A DNA stretch of 63,233 bases, the filler included. It is 5 parts of 5 records of this genome, joined end to end, with 100 filler letters (N's around TTAATTAATTAA, not from the genome) between each part and the next. Parts side by side here need not be neighbours in the genome. Positions count along the whole stretch, not along the records: positions 45,414 to 63,233 come from DRR723986_6547; 4 more parts are not named here. One strand, 5' to 3'. Below, piece by piece: positions 47,207-57,872 of this stretch. The translations under genes and the position numbers were made by a program. The notes beneath the pieces are model-generated. The model had not been told where the DNA came from. It did no database searches and was given only the letters and a program-made list of their open reading frames with translations. Each line of letters starts with the position of its first letter. Positions within the stretch are counted from its first letter, which is position 1.

Positions 47207-48084
47207 GCTTCGATCAGCCGCGTCACTTCCTTGTCCCGCGAAGCCTCGCTCGCCCCGCCCATGACGACGACGATCAGTCGCTTGCCGCCACGGTTGGCGG
47301 TCGCTACCAGATTGTAGCCGGACATGCGGATATAGCCCGTCTTCAGACCATCGACACCGGCAACCTTGCCGACCAGGTTGTTGGTGGCCCGGAAGGTGCG
47401 GCCGTTGTAGTCGAACGACTTGGCCCGGTAATAGCTGCCGTATTGCGGGAACCGCCGCTTCAGGGCGAGACCAAGCACTGCCATGTCACGCGCCGACGAC
47501 ACCTGCGCGGGATCGGGCAAGCCCGTGGCATTGACGAAACGGGTACGCGACAGGCCAAGGGCCCGCGCCTGGGACGTCATCTGCCGGGCGAAGGCCGCCT
47601 CGCTTCCCGCCAGATTTTCGGCAACGGCGATGGCGACGTCATTGGCCGACTTGACCGCAAGCGCCCTTGCCGCCTGCTCGACCGTGATGGTCGACCCTGC
47701 CTTGATGCCGATCTTTGCCGGCGGCTGCGATGCTGCCTTGGCCGAAACGCTCAAGGGGGTGGAAAGCGTGTAACGCCCTTGCGAAACCGCATCAAAGAGC
47801 AGGTAGAGCGTCATCATCTTGCTCAGCGAAGCGGGATACCGCGCTGCATCCGCATCGACCGCATAAAGCTCTTCGCCGGTCGACGCATTCAGCACCAGCG
47901 CGGAGAACCCGCGCTCGACCGCCGTTTCCGGCGCATAGGCAACGGCAGGAAGAGGCGCCGTCTGAACGGCAGGCGCTGCACTTGCAACGGGCGTCGGGGC
48001 TGGCCCCTGCCCCGTCTGACAGGCGGCCAGAAACCCGGCCAGAACGAAGATCGAAGCCTTCTTCAAAAGGACAGACGCACGCAT
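47197..48084 (-). CDS. D-alanyl-D-alanine carboxypeptidase (S11), lipoprotein
   Basis: Lipobox LAAC; SLSK, SAN and KTG motifs. Confidence 0.92.
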   Translation of the reverse strand: MRASVLLKKASIFVLAGFLAACQTGQGPAPTPVASAAPAVQTAPLPAVAYAPETAVERGFSALVLNASTGEELYAVDADAARYPASLSKMMTLYLLFDAVSQGRYTLSTPLSVSAKAASQPPAKIGIKAGSTITVEQAARALAVKSANDVAIAVAENLAGSEAAFARQMTSQARALGLSRTRFVNATGLPDPAQVSSARDMAVLGLALKRRFPQYGSYYRAKSFDYNGRTFRATNNLVGKVAGVDGLKTGYIRMSGYNLVATANRGGKRLIVVVMGGASEASRDKEVTRLIEAYS

Positions 48085-48120
48085 TCCCGCTCTCTTAAAC
48101 TCGCGTTTCGGCCGGATACC

Positions 48121-48882
48121 TCAAGCTTTCAGGCGGTATCCGGTCTTGAAAATCCAATGTATGACGGCCAGTGAACCGCCGAGGAAGATCATCGTTGCCA
48201 GCAGCGACAGCCAAAGGCTGACGTCCGCCTGACCATAGAAGCTCCAGCGAAACCCGGAAATCAGGTAGACCACCGGGTTGATCAGCGTGATCTTCTGCCA
48301 GATATCCGGCAACATGTTGATGGAATAGAAGCTGCCGCCCAGAAAAGCCAGAGGCGTGACAATCAACAGCGGTACAAACTGCAGTTTTTCGAAATTGTCG
48401 GCCCAGATGCCGATGATGAAGCCGAGCAGGGCGAATGTAACGGCCGTCAGGAGGAAGAACGCGGCCATCCAGACCGGGTGCTGGATTTCCAGCGGAACGA
48501 AGAAACTCGCCGTGATCAGGATGATCAACCCGACCAGGATCGACTTCGTAGCCGCCGCCCCGACATAGGCAACGGTGATTTCCAGGAACGACACGGGCGC
48601 CGAGAGCACCTCGAAGATCGTGCCCGTAAACCGCGGGAAATAGATGCCGAAGGAGGCGTTGGAAAGGCTCTGTGTCATCAGGGACAGCATGATCAGCCCG
48701 GGCACGATGAAGGCGCCGTAGCTGACACCGTCGACCTCGGAGATCCGAGAGCCGATGGCTGCCCCGAAGACAACGAAATAAAGCACCGTGGAAATCACCG
48801 GCGAGATGATGCTCTGCATGATCGTGCGGCGGGTGCGGGCCATTTCGGCCAGGTAGATGACTTTGATCGCTTCGAAATTCAT
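48121..48882 (-). CDS. ABC-2 type permease (YadH-like)
   Basis: [41 protein letters not shown]. Confidence 0.92.
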   Translation of the reverse strand: MNFEAIKVIYLAEMARTRRTIMQSIISPVISTVLYFVVFGAAIGSRISEVDGVSYGAFIVPGLIMLSLMTQSLSNASFGIYFPRFTGTIFEVLSAPVSFLEITVAYVGAAATKSILVGLIILITASFFVPLEIQHPVWMAAFFLLTAVTFALLGFIIGIWADNFEKLQFVPLLIVTPLAFLGGSFYSINMLPDIWQKITLINPVVYLISGFRWSFYGQADVSLWLSLLATMIFLGGSLAVIHWIFKTGYRLKA

Positions 48883-48890
48883 GTGCCCTG

Positions 48891-49370
48891 CTACCCCGAA
48901 ATCAGAATGAGTTCCATTCGGGGCAACGTGCGCCCCGGGATCGAGCCGGATGGAGACCGGCCAATGGTCTTGAAGCCCATGCGGGCATAGAAAGGTTCTG
49001 CAAAAGGATCCGCATCGAGACCGATCCTCACCGGACCAAGGCTCCGCGCTCTTTCATAAAGCGCATCGAACAGCGCCCGGCCGACGCGGCGTCCCTGCCA
49101 GGCAGGGTCGACAAAACAGGTCTCCAGTTCCCCTGTTTCACCGTCGTCTTCCATGGACAGCCGGATACAGCCGACGGGCTCACCGCCTGCGTCCTGCGCC
49201 AGCCAGAAATCGTGCTCCTCGATCCAGCTGTCGCGAACCTTGAGTTCTTCGGCGCACATGGCCATGAAAACATCGTCATAGCCGTTCGACTGCTTGGAGC
49301 GCATGCACAGGTCCGTCAGTGCCGTGCAGTCGTCCAGTGTCGCCTTGCGAATGGTGAAACCGGTGTCCAT
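48891..49370 (-). CDS. GNAT N-acetyltransferase
   Basis: [15 protein letters not shown] (motif A) and [14 protein letters not shown]. Confidence 0.9.
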   Translation of the reverse strand: MDTGFTIRKATLDDCTALTDLCMRSKQSNGYDDVFMAMCAEELKVRDSWIEEHDFWLAQDAGGEPVGCIRLSMEDDGETGELETCFVDPAWQGRRVGRALFDALYERARSLGPVRIGLDADPFAEPFYARMGFKTIGRSPSGSIPGRTLPRMELILISG

Positions 49371-49377
49371 CGCCGCC

Positions 49378-50301
49378 TCATCCCTGACTGACCAGACCGA
49401 CGAAGATGTCCTCGAGCGACGACTGATCCGTCTGCAGGTCGTGAAAACGCACGCCGGCCTGGGAGAGATCGGTCAGAAGCGATGTGATGCCAGTCCGGTC
49501 AGCCTGGGTATCGTAGGTATAGACCAGGCTTCGGCCGTCATCCTCTAGCTTCAGATCGTAGCGGGCAAGACTGCCCGGGATCTCGACGAGCGGCTCCGTC
49601 AAGCTGAGCGACAGCAACTTGCGCCCGAGCTTGCGCATGAGCTCTGCCTTCTCTTCCACGAGAATGATCTCACCCTTGTTGATCACCCCGACACGATCGG
49701 CCATTTCCTCGGCCTCCTCGATATAGTGGGTGGTCAGGATGATGGTGACGCCCTTTTGCTTCAGCTCCCCAACGATGCGCCACATGTCGTGCCTGAGTTC
49801 CACATCCACGCCGGCTGTCGGCTCGTCCAGGAACAGGATCTTCGGCTCGTGCGCCAGCGCCTTGGCGACCAGCAGGCGGCGCTTCATGCCCCCGGACAAA
49901 GCCATGATGGGGTTGTTGCGCTTTTCCCAGAGCGTCAGGTCCTTGAGGATGCTCTCGATCCGTGCTGGATCGGGTTTCATGCCGAACAGGCCGCGGCTGA
50001 AGGCGACCGTATCACCGACCATTTCGAAGGGAGCCGTGGGCATCTCCTGAGGCACCAGACCGATCATCTGCCGGGCAGCGCGGTACTCGCTCAAGGCGTC
50101 ATGGCCGCACACGTGAATACTGCCGGAGGTCGGCCGCACCAGGCCGCAAATCGTGCTGATCAATGTCGTCTTGCCGGCGCCATTCGGCCCGAGCAACGCA
50201 AACACCTCTCCTTGCTGGATATCCAGAGACACGGATTTGAGAGCCTGGAAGCCACCGTCATAGGTTTTTTCCAGGTCGCGTACGGAAAGTATCGGGGCCA
50301 T
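49378..50301 (-). CDS. ABC transporter ATP-binding protein (YadG-like)
   Basis: [28 protein letters not shown] 50301. Confidence 0.93.
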   Translation of the reverse strand: MAPILSVRDLEKTYDGGFQALKSVSLDIQQGEVFALLGPNGAGKTTLISTICGLVRPTSGSIHVCGHDALSEYRAARQMIGLVPQEMPTAPFEMVGDTVAFSRGLFGMKPDPARIESILKDLTLWEKRNNPIMALSGGMKRRLLVAKALAHEPKILFLDEPTAGVDVELRHDMWRIVGELKQKGVTIILTTHYIEEAEEMADRVGVINKGEIILVEEKAELMRKLGRKLLSLSLTEPLVEIPGSLARYDLKLEDDGRSLVYTYDTQADRTGITSLLTDLSQAGVRFHDLQTDQSSLEDIFVGLVSQG

Positions 50302-50546
50302 CGTTTCAACCGGTTCGGAATTGGGGATTTGACCAGACGGCCAAACAGGCGTGCACACTTGCATGTGGGCGGACTGTCCGCAAGATGCAACCCTTTGGCC
50401 GTAAGCCACCGTCCGGTCGGGCCTTATCCGGATGACGACATCACTGTTTCGTCTTTCGAAACACTGCGTCTGCAGAGCCAAGACTAGGTTTTGCCCTGCG
50501 AGCCGCTATCTTTCCCTCAAAGTCAATCCGCACCAGGAACCAAGTC

Positions 50547-51449
50547 ATGTCCATCCGCCCCGTAACCCACATCGGCAGCACACAATCAACCATGGAAGGC
50601 GCCGGCGTCCGGCTGGAGCGAGCGTTCGGATTTCAGGATCCGGAAATGCTGGATCCTTTCCTGCTGCTGGACGATTTCCGCAACGAACGTCCCGAGGACT
50701 ATCTGAAGGGCTTTCCCTGGCATCCCCATCGCGGCATTGAAACCATTACCTACGTGCTGGCCGGCACCGTTGAACACGGCGACAGTCTGGGCAACAGCGG
50801 CAACCTGGGTGCGGGCGACGTCCAGTGGATGACAGCCGGGCGCGGGATCATGCATCAGGAGATGCCAAAGGGCGACGCCAATGGCCGCATGCACGGTTTC
50901 CAGCTCTGGGCGAACCTGCCGTCCTCGCTGAAGATGACCGCACCGCGCTACCAGGATGTCGCGTCGAAAGAGATCCCGGTTGTAACCGATGACGACGGCA
51001 CTTCCGCACGAATCATCTGTGGCGAGTTCTGGGGCAAGCGCGGCCCGGTCGACGGTATCGCCGCCGATCCGCAGTATCTCGACATCCATGTGCCGGCTGG
51101 TCACAAGAAACGCTTCAAGGTCGACACCTACAAGCAGACCTTTGCCTACATTTTCGAAGGCTCCGGCACGTTCGAAGGAGCATCCGACCCGTTCGGGGTT
51201 CTGACGGAAAAGGAATTCGGCGGCGAGGAACTGAAGATCCGTGACGAGACCGGCAACCGTTCTCTGGTGATCTTCGGCTCCGGTGACGAGATCGTCGTTC
51301 ACGCAGGCGAGGAAGGCATCCGTTTCCTTTTGGTCTCCGGCGCACCGATCAAGGAACCCGTGGCCTGGCACGGCCCCATCGTGATGAACACCCGCCAGGA
51401 GCTGATCCAGGCGGTAACCGAACTGCAGAACGGCACATTTATCCGGTAG
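50547..51449 (+). CDS. Pirin family protein
   Basis: DPFLLLDD, HPHRGIETITY, WMTAGRGIMHQE, FQLWANLP, GPIVMN. Confidence 0.95.
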   Translation: MSIRPVTHIGSTQSTMEGAGVRLERAFGFQDPEMLDPFLLLDDFRNERPEDYLKGFPWHPHRGIETITYVLAGTVEHGDSLGNSGNLGAGDVQWMTAGRGIMHQEMPKGDANGRMHGFQLWANLPSSLKMTAPRYQDVASKEIPVVTDDDGTSARIICGEFWGKRGPVDGIAADPQYLDIHVPAGHKKRFKVDTYKQTFAYIFEGSGTFEGASDPFGVLTEKEFGGEELKIRDETGNRSLVIFGSGDEIVVHAGEEGIRFLLVSGAPIKEPVAWHGPIVMNTRQELIQAVTELQNGTFIR

Positions 51450-51529
51450 GGCTGAAAAGAACCTGCTGCCTTGTAACTTTCACAAAGTCTGGCTAGGGCT
51501 GTCCGGGATACAATCAATCTGGACAGCCC

Positions 51530-52681
51530 ATGCCATTGAAACTCCGCCCGGCCACAGAGGCCGACGCCCCTGCCCTCACCGATATCCTCCATCGCGCCAA
51601 GGCCTCCTGGGGCTATCCGGAGGAAAAAATGGCAGAGTTTCGCGACTACTGGCGAATATCCGAGGCAACCATCCAGTCCCTGACGCTCACTGTTGCAGAG
51701 CGGGACGGTCAGCCCATAGCCTTTTCCGGGCTCTCTCCCCAAAGCGAAGATACCCTGCTTGTCGATTTTCTGTTTGTTGCCCCTGAAGCCCAGCGTCAGG
51801 GCATTGGCGACCTTCTGCTGAAGCGCGCGGAGGATCATGCCCACCGACAGGGATTGAGCCGGCTTTATCTGGAAAGTGACGCCAACGCGGGCCCCTTTTA
51901 CGAAAAACGCGGGTTTCGGACGATGGCGACGCGACCAAGCGAGATGTCGCCCGGAAAGGAAATCCCCCTGATGGAAAAACCGCTGGCACCTGCGGTCTAC
52001 CGGGTGGAAGCGCTGAACATCGAGGTTTCGGACGAACCCTGGGCTTTCGAAACGAAGCATGCAGACGCGATCGATGCGTATTTCGAGGAAGCCAGGAAGC
52101 GCATTCCCATGCTTTGGAATGGCCGAACCATGAAGTTGACCGGGTTCGAGTTCAAGGACGGCACCTTTAACGGCACCTGCGCGGAATGTTCCTTTGCCGC
52201 TTTCCTGGCGTGGCGCGACTGGGGTGCGCCCGATGCAAGCTCGTTCAATCTCTTCGGCTCCGCCATCCTGAGGTCCGCCGAGGGCGCATTGCTCTATGGT
52301 GTCATGTCCCGAAAGACCGCCACAGCGGGCATGATCTACCCTCCCGGTGGCAATCTCGACCCGACCGACCTGACCGAAGATGGCAAGGTTGACGTTGTCG
52401 GGGCGATCTACCGGGAACTTGAAGAGGAAACAGGTCTCAAACGAGACGACGTCATGCCTGCCGGGCTGCTGGTGACATTCGACGGCTGGCGAATTTCCAT
52501 CGGCCAGCTGATGGATGTCCCCCGCCCCGCGGAAGAGTTGCGCACGGAGATCCTGCGTTTTTCAGAGGCGTCGGAAGAACAGGAGCTTGCCGATATGCGT
52601 ATCATTCGCACGCGCGCGGACCTTGAGGACAGCGCCATCGTGCCTTACGCCCGTTCGCTCGGCAAATATCTGCTGCCATGA
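51530..52681 (+). CDS. GNAT acetyltransferase-Nudix hydrolase fusion
   Basis: N-terminal GNAT (FVAPEAQRQGIG, SDANAGPFYEKRGF); C-terminal Nudix box GG...AIYRELEEETGL. Confidence 0.85.
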   Translation: MPLKLRPATEADAPALTDILHRAKASWGYPEEKMAEFRDYWRISEATIQSLTLTVAERDGQPIAFSGLSPQSEDTLLVDFLFVAPEAQRQGIGDLLLKRAEDHAHRQGLSRLYLESDANAGPFYEKRGFRTMATRPSEMSPGKEIPLMEKPLAPAVYRVEALNIEVSDEPWAFETKHADAIDAYFEEARKRIPMLWNGRTMKLTGFEFKDGTFNGTCAECSFAAFLAWRDWGAPDASSFNLFGSAILRSAEGALLYGVMSRKTATAGMIYPPGGNLDPTDLTEDGKVDVVGAIYRELEEETGLKRDDVMPAGLLVTFDGWRISIGQLMDVPRPAEELRTEILRFSEASEEQELADMRIIRTRADLEDSAIVPYARSLGKYLLP

Positions 52682-52908
52682 AGACCACTCGGCAAGACGG
52701 CCGGGAACTGCAATATTTTGTTCACCAAGAATGCGCACTAAGCACTGGCAGGACTTGCCTGAAAATGCAAAAGTCCGCTCACCTTTGAAGCTGGCACCGT
52801 GGTTTGCACGGGCCGACCGATGCGGACAGGTTGGTTGTTTTACAACGTTTGAGCCCCTCGCCTGACTTCGTTTGAAGGTCGGCAGGCGGCGAAAGGGAGA
52901 AGAGAAGT

Positions 52909-53820
52909 ATGAGCCGCCGCTACGCGATCCTGGATGTCTTCACGAACACGAGCCTTGCCGGGAACCCCCTGGCGGTGGTTCTGGACTCCGAGGGGCTGAG
53001 CGACGAGCAGATGCAGAAGATCACCGGTGAGTTCAATCTTTCCGAAACGGTCTTCGTCTTCCCGCCGGAAAAGCCGGGGCATTCTGCCACCATGCGGATC
53101 TTCACACCCAAGATGGAATTGCCGTTCGCCGGGCACCCGACCGTCGGTACCGCCATCCTTCTGGCAACGGAACGCTTTGGCGATATTTCGGGCGAGCAGG
53201 ATGCCGTTGTTGTTCTGAAGCAGCAGATCGGCACTGTGCGCTGCGCGGTTATCCTGCGCGAGCACGCAGCCGCCTTTGCCGAGTTCGACGTTCCCAGCCT
53301 GCCGGAACCCGCCGGACCGACCCACAACGTCGAACTGATCGCAGCCGCGCTCAACCTGGAGCCGAGTGACATCGGGTTCGAGAACCATGGCCCCTCCCGC
53401 TTCCGCGTAGGCCCTCCCTTCACCTTCGTGCCGGTGCGCGATCTGGATGCCTTGGCGCGCGCCAAACCGGTGCCGGCCATGTGGAACGCGGGCTTCGGCA
53501 AGAACGGCAATACGGACGCTTATGTCTATTGCCGCGAAACCCGCTCCCACGACAGCGCTTTCCACGCCCGCCTGTTTGCGCCCGACATGGGCATTCCCGA
53601 AGATCCCGCGACAGGTTCTGCCGCGGCGGCTTTTGCCGGTGTGGTCGACTATTATGACGACCTTCCCAACGGAACCCACCATATCCGCATCGAACAGGGT
53701 TTCGAGATGGGACGGCCGTCCCTGATCGACCTGGAAATCGACATCGAGGGCGGCAAGATGCATGCGGTCAGGATCGGCGGTCAGGCGACGCTTGTCGCTC
53801 GGGGCGAACTGTTCCTCTAA
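52909..53820 (+). CDS. PhzF-family isomerase/epimerase
   Basis: DVFT..LAGNPLAVV, NLSETVF, ELPFAGHPT, EDPATGSA, EQGFEMGRPS. Confidence 0.93.
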   Translation: MSRRYAILDVFTNTSLAGNPLAVVLDSEGLSDEQMQKITGEFNLSETVFVFPPEKPGHSATMRIFTPKMELPFAGHPTVGTAILLATERFGDISGEQDAVVVLKQQIGTVRCAVILREHAAAFAEFDVPSLPEPAGPTHNVELIAAALNLEPSDIGFENHGPSRFRVGPPFTFVPVRDLDALARAKPVPAMWNAGFGKNGNTDAYVYCRETRSHDSAFHARLFAPDMGIPEDPATGSAAAAFAGVVDYYDDLPNGTHHIRIEQGFEMGRPSLIDLEIDIEGGKMHAVRIGGQATLVARGELFL

Positions 53821-53844
53821 TCAAATCAGACGCTGCCCGGACGG

Positions 53845-54741
53845 TCAAAAGGCTGCCTGGGCAGGTTCGTTCGCCTTGTCGGCGCGCGGCGGCAGACCGA
53901 AATGCCGGGCGTACTCTCGGCTGAACTGGGTCGCGCTTTCGTAACCCACCTGGAACGCCGCGCGCGAGACGGACAGTTTTTCCGCTTGCAGCAGCCGGCG
54001 CGCCTCCATCAGCCGCAACTGCTTTTGAAACTGCAGCGGACTGGTGCCGGTAATATCCTTGAAGTGCGCATGGAAGGCAGACACGCTCATGCCTGCCTCA
54101 CCGGCAAGATCGTCCACCCGCAAGGACGCCGCAATGTCCCGGCGTATGCCGGCAATGACCTTGGCGATGCGGGCCGCGTGACTGTCCTGCTCTGAAATCT
54201 GACGCAGGATCGCGCCATGTTCGGCGGTCAGCAGCCAGTAGTGGATCTCTCGCAGGATCAACGGCAGCAACACCTTGCCGGCCTCCGGCATCTCCGCAAG
54301 CTCGAACAGGCGCCGCATCGCATCGACGATTGCCGCATCTGCCCTGCCGCTCGCAACGGCGCGTGCAGCCATAGATGTTTTACCCGGCCGATCCAGCTCC
54401 GGAGCAAGTTCGCGGATCAGAGCCATATCCAGTGAAATGGCGAGCGCGACATAGGGCTCGGCCTGGCTCGCACGCACGACCCGTGCCTGCGCGGGCAGAT
54501 CCAGCCCGACGATCAGTGACTGCATGGCACCGAACCGGACGGTGTTCGATCCGAGATATGTCTGCTTCTCCCCTTGGAGAACCAGGCAGAAAATCGGTTG
54601 GTAGACGATCGGATAGATCAGGGTTGGCCGGCGTTGACGCACCAGCGTCATGCCACCAGCACCAACAGGAAAAGGATCGCCACCCGCGCCGTGATCATCA
54701 GCAAATGCAACCACTTTCCGGATAAACTCGTCTGCCTGCAT
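53845..54741 (-). CDS. AraC-family regulator (YqhC-like: AraC_N plus HTH)
   Basis: YQPIFCLVLQGEK, REIHYWLL, MSVSAFHAHFK, SPLQFQKQLRL, VGYESATQFSREY; ATG 54741. Confidence 0.92.
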   Translation of the reverse strand: MQADEFIRKVVAFADDHGAGGDPFPVGAGGMTLVRQRRPTLIYPIVYQPIFCLVLQGEKQTYLGSNTVRFGAMQSLIVGLDLPAQARVVRASQAEPYVALAISLDMALIRELAPELDRPGKTSMAARAVASGRADAAIVDAMRRLFELAEMPEAGKVLLPLILREIHYWLLTAEHGAILRQISEQDSHAARIAKVIAGIRRDIAASLRVDDLAGEAGMSVSAFHAHFKDITGTSPLQFQKQLRLMEARRLLQAEKLSVSRAAFQVGYESATQFSREYARHFGLPPRADKANEPAQAAF

Positions 54742-54810
54742 GGTTCCCTCCGTCAAGAACCAAGCGATACGCCCGCCGGTTGGTGATGGCAAGCATGCAG
54801 GTTGCCTGAT

Positions 54811-54847
54811 TTGTAGGATCAGGCAAGTCTTCTGGAGAAACCGGCAC
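54811..54847 (+). promoter_or_regulatory. Tandem AraC-type half-sites upstream of the SDR gene
   Basis: TTGTAGGATCAGGCAA and CTGGAGAAACCGGCAC as direct repeats with a 21-bp period in the divergent araC/SDR gap. Confidence 0.6.
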
Positions 54848-54916
54848 ACAACACGTCTCGCTACGGACTATCTCATGGTCATCGACATCACGCCCCACAA
54901 CACTGGAGCCAATAAC

Positions 54917-55681
54917 ATGACCACCTCCCCAAAGATCGCCCTCATCACCGGCGGCAGCCGCGGCCTTGGCCGCAACACTGTTCTTCATCTTGCCAAGAAC
55001 GGTATCGACACGGTCCTGACATACAGGACCAGCAAGGAAGAGGCCGCACAGGTCGTTGCCGAAGTGGAAGCGCTGGGGGCCAGGGCTGTTGCCCTGCAGC
55101 TTGATACTGCCGACACGTCCGGCTTCCCCGCATTCACGGACGCATTGAAGACCGTGTTACAGCAGACCTGGCAGCGTGACAGTTTCGATTTCCTGGTCAA
55201 CAACGCCGGCACGGGCATTCACAAGCCCTTCGCCGAGACGACTGAGACCGATTTCGACCAGTTGATGAATGTTCACGTGAAGGGAGTCTTTTTCCTGACG
55301 CAGCAGTTGCTGCCGCTGATCGCGGATGGCGGACGCATTCTGAACGTATCGTCTGGCCTTGCCCGGTTCTCCCTGCCCGGCTACGCGGCATACGCGACCA
55401 TGAAAGGCGCAATTGAAGTTCTGACCCGCTATCTGGCCAAGGAACTGGGATCTCGACACATCGCCGTCAACACGCTGGCGCCTGGCGCCATCGAAACGGA
55501 TTTCGGTGGCGGTGCCGTGCGTGACAATCCGGAACTCAACAAGGTGGTCGCCTCCATGACAGCCATGGGCCGTGCCGGCCTTCCGGATGACATCGGCGGA
55601 GCCATCACCGCGCTTTTGAGCGGCAATACCGGCTGGATGACCGGCCAGCGCATTGAAGTCTCTGGCGGTCAGAACCTCTGA
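54917..55681 (+). CDS. Short-chain dehydrogenase/reductase
   Basis: TGGSRGLG, NNAG, YATMK (YxxxK), PGAIETDF; GGAG RBS. Confidence 0.95.
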   Translation: MTTSPKIALITGGSRGLGRNTVLHLAKNGIDTVLTYRTSKEEAAQVVAEVEALGARAVALQLDTADTSGFPAFTDALKTVLQQTWQRDSFDFLVNNAGTGIHKPFAETTETDFDQLMNVHVKGVFFLTQQLLPLIADGGRILNVSSGLARFSLPGYAAYATMKGAIEVLTRYLAKELGSRHIAVNTLAPGAIETDFGGGAVRDNPELNKVVASMTAMGRAGLPDDIGGAITALLSGNTGWMTGQRIEVSGGQNL

Positions 55682-55703
55682 CTCCCCAAGTCAGCAGTGT
55701 GCC

Positions 55704-55728
55704 GCGGCGGCCGGATCCCGGCCGCCGC
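55704..55728. terminator. GC hairpin between convergent SDR and GST genes
   Basis: GCGGCGGCCGG-atc-CCGGCCGCCGC, perfect 11-bp stem; no U tract. Confidence 0.55.
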
Positions 55729-55738
55729 TTGCATTGGC

Positions 55739-56389
55739 CTATTCGGCAGCTTCCATCAGGCGTGCAGGTGCCGTCATGGCCCAGCTCGGCACTGCTTCCA
55801 GCCGCTGATACCAGGCGATGATGTTGGCATGGCCTTCCAGCGGCATACGCGACTGCGGGTTCAACGCCAACGCAGACAAGGCACCGACCGCAAAATCGGT
55901 TACGGTCACCCTGTCCCCAAGCATGTAGGCCCGCCCCTCCAAGTGGGCGTCGAGAACTGCAGCGAAGCGATGGAAATTCTCGCTTGCCGCTTCAATCCTG
56001 GCTTCGTCCGGTTCACCCAGACCGAAAAGCGGCTTGACCATCGTTTCCCAGGCAATGTCCCTTGCAGCCTGGTTGTAATGCTGCACCTCCCAGGACATCC
56101 AGCGCAGGATCTCAAAGCGCGATTTGGCGTCCGTCGGGCAAAACGCTTCGGCTCCTGCCCGGTCACTCAGGTAGATCATGGTCGGGTTGGCTTCCCACAG
56201 GTTCATGTCACCCACCACGAGCGTCGGAACCTTCAAGTTGGGATTGGCGGCCTTCAGGTCGTCCCGGTGATGCTCACCCGCCATCATGTTCAACCTGTGA
56301 ACCTCGACTTCATCGAACAGTCCAAGATGATGAAGCACCGCCTCGACACGGCGGCAGTTGGGCGAAATATCTGCTGTGAACAGTTTCAT
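55739..56389 (-). CDS. Glutathione S-transferase family protein
   Basis: SPNCRRV, NPNLKVPTL, LWEANPTMIYL, YMLGDRVTVTDF. Confidence 0.92.
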   Translation of the reverse strand: MKLFTADISPNCRRVEAVLHHLGLFDEVEVHRLNMMAGEHHRDDLKAANPNLKVPTLVVGDMNLWEANPTMIYLSDRAGAEAFCPTDAKSRFEILRWMSWEVQHYNQAARDIAWETMVKPLFGLGEPDEARIEAASENFHRFAAVLDAHLEGRAYMLGDRVTVTDFAVGALSALALNPQSRMPLEGHANIIAWYQRLEAVPSWAMTAPARLMEAAE

Positions 56390-56498
56390 GTCCGTCTCTC
56401 CACTTTCTTAAGTCCGGTCATCAGCTCCAGGTTCGGCCGGAAACCTGTGCTGCACGACCATGGGAAAATTGAGCCGGTGTCGCGCGCCACCCATTTAC

Positions 56499-56552
56499 TC
56501 AACCATTTAGTTGACTATAATGAAGTCAGATGATAGTCACCCAAAAGGTTCA
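56499..56552. promoter_or_regulatory. Two ArsR-type palindromic operators in the GST/ArsR divergent gap
   Basis: TCAACCATTTAGTTGA (56499-56514) and TCACCCAAAAGGTTCA (56537-56552). Confidence 0.6.
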
Positions 56553-56556
56553 CTTT

Positions 56557-56892
56557 ATGAATGCAGCTGAAATGCCTCAACTTGATGCCACCTTCGCCGC
56601 CCTCAGCGACGGCACACGCCGTGCGATCGTAGCCAGGCTTGCCGACGGCGAGACATCGCTTTCGGACCTCGCCGAACCGTTCGACATGTCGTTGACAGCG
56701 GTTTCCAAACACCTGCGGGTGCTCTCGGATGCCGGGCTGGTGGATATCGAAAAACGCGGACGTACCCGCCATTGCCGGCTGCGCGGTGCACCAATCAAGG
56801 AAGCCGTGGACTGGCTGAGCAAATATGAAGCGTTCTGGATCGACCGTTTCGATGCTCTTGCCCGTCACCTCGCCAAGGATAGCGAAAAATGA
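56557..56892 (+). CDS. ArsR/SmtB-family (SdpR-like) repressor
   Basis: FAALSDGTRRAIV, MSLTAVSKHLRVL, KRGRTRHCRL; overlaps the SRPBCC gene start. Confidence 0.92.
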   Translation: MNAAEMPQLDATFAALSDGTRRAIVARLADGETSLSDLAEPFDMSLTAVSKHLRVLSDAGLVDIEKRGRTRHCRLRGAPIKEAVDWLSKYEAFWIDRFDALARHLAKDSEK

Positions 56893-57389
56893 CCGTACAA
56901 CAGCAGCCCCAAGCGTTCCTGAAATCCAATCCCGGCCAGGAGCCGGTGCTCGTGGAAGGCCTGTTCCGGGCCGACCCGGGGCGGGTCTTCCGCGCCTTTA
57001 CCGAACCCGATGAGGTTCGATGCTGGTTCGTGCCCAAGTCCGGTGCGCTGGTTTCGGCGGAGATCGATCTTCAGGTTGGTGGGCGCTGGTGTTTCGTCAT
57101 CGAGAAAACCGCAGAAAAGCAGATCCACTTTGAAGGCGAATATCTGGCCATCGAAGCGCCGAACCGTCTTGAGTTCTCCTGGCGCCATGTTCAGGAATAT
57201 GCCGACGGCACACGGGAAGCGACAGACACTTCAAGGGTATCCGTCACCTTTACCGAAGTCGGCAAGGCGACGGAGGTCAAGTTACGTCACGAGGCCATCA
57301 AGACCGAAGATGCACGCCGCGGTGTCGGCGGCGGCTGGAACGGCTGCTTCGGCCGGCTGGCTGATCTCGTCGCCCCCAGGAACGGATAA
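56889..57389 (+). CDS. SRPBCC/AHSA1 domain protein
   Basis: VFRAFTEP, DLQVGGRW, GEYLAIEAPNRLEFSW, GGWNGC. Confidence 0.9.
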   Translation: MTVQQQPQAFLKSNPGQEPVLVEGLFRADPGRVFRAFTEPDEVRCWFVPKSGALVSAEIDLQVGGRWCFVIEKTAEKQIHFEGEYLAIEAPNRLEFSWRHVQEYADGTREATDTSRVSVTFTEVGKATEVKLRHEAIKTEDARRGVGGGWNGCFGRLADLVAPRNG

Positions 57390-57872
57390 GAAGCAGGACA
57401 CCAACGCTAGCTCCGGCGCCGGCCGTTGCCGGTTGCCGGCCTCTCCGAAATACATGGGCGGCTGTTTGCCCAACGGCAGCATTTCGGCGCAATCCTGCTG
57501 AAGCGCCGCGCAGATCGTCGCTTCTGGAGCGCCATTTCCTCGCTTCCGAATGAGGATCAAACGCTTAAACGCGCATTGCCATTGAATAGTAATAAATCAC
57601 AATACTCTACCTGCTTGCAGCGCGCCATCACTGTGTCATTTCCTCGTGCTCGAATTAAATAAATTCATCACATCGCAACCTTTTAAAATATTGATTTAAA
57701 ACACATAAATGACAAAAATATTTACTTTACTTGATGAAGTTAACCAGATGTTTGCCCATTTAATTTGCATTTGATTAAAGGCTCTTGGCGTATCCAAGTT
57801 CCGCAGAGGAACTAATGAAAACAAGTTTACTGTCAAAAATTACAGTAACGCACAAGTAAACAGGGAAACGCC

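Noticed and set aside
57560-57870. CtrA boxes upstream of the PruR-like operon
   Set aside because: Several TTAA half-sites, but no exact TTAA-N7-TTAA found; expected by chance in AT-rich DNA.
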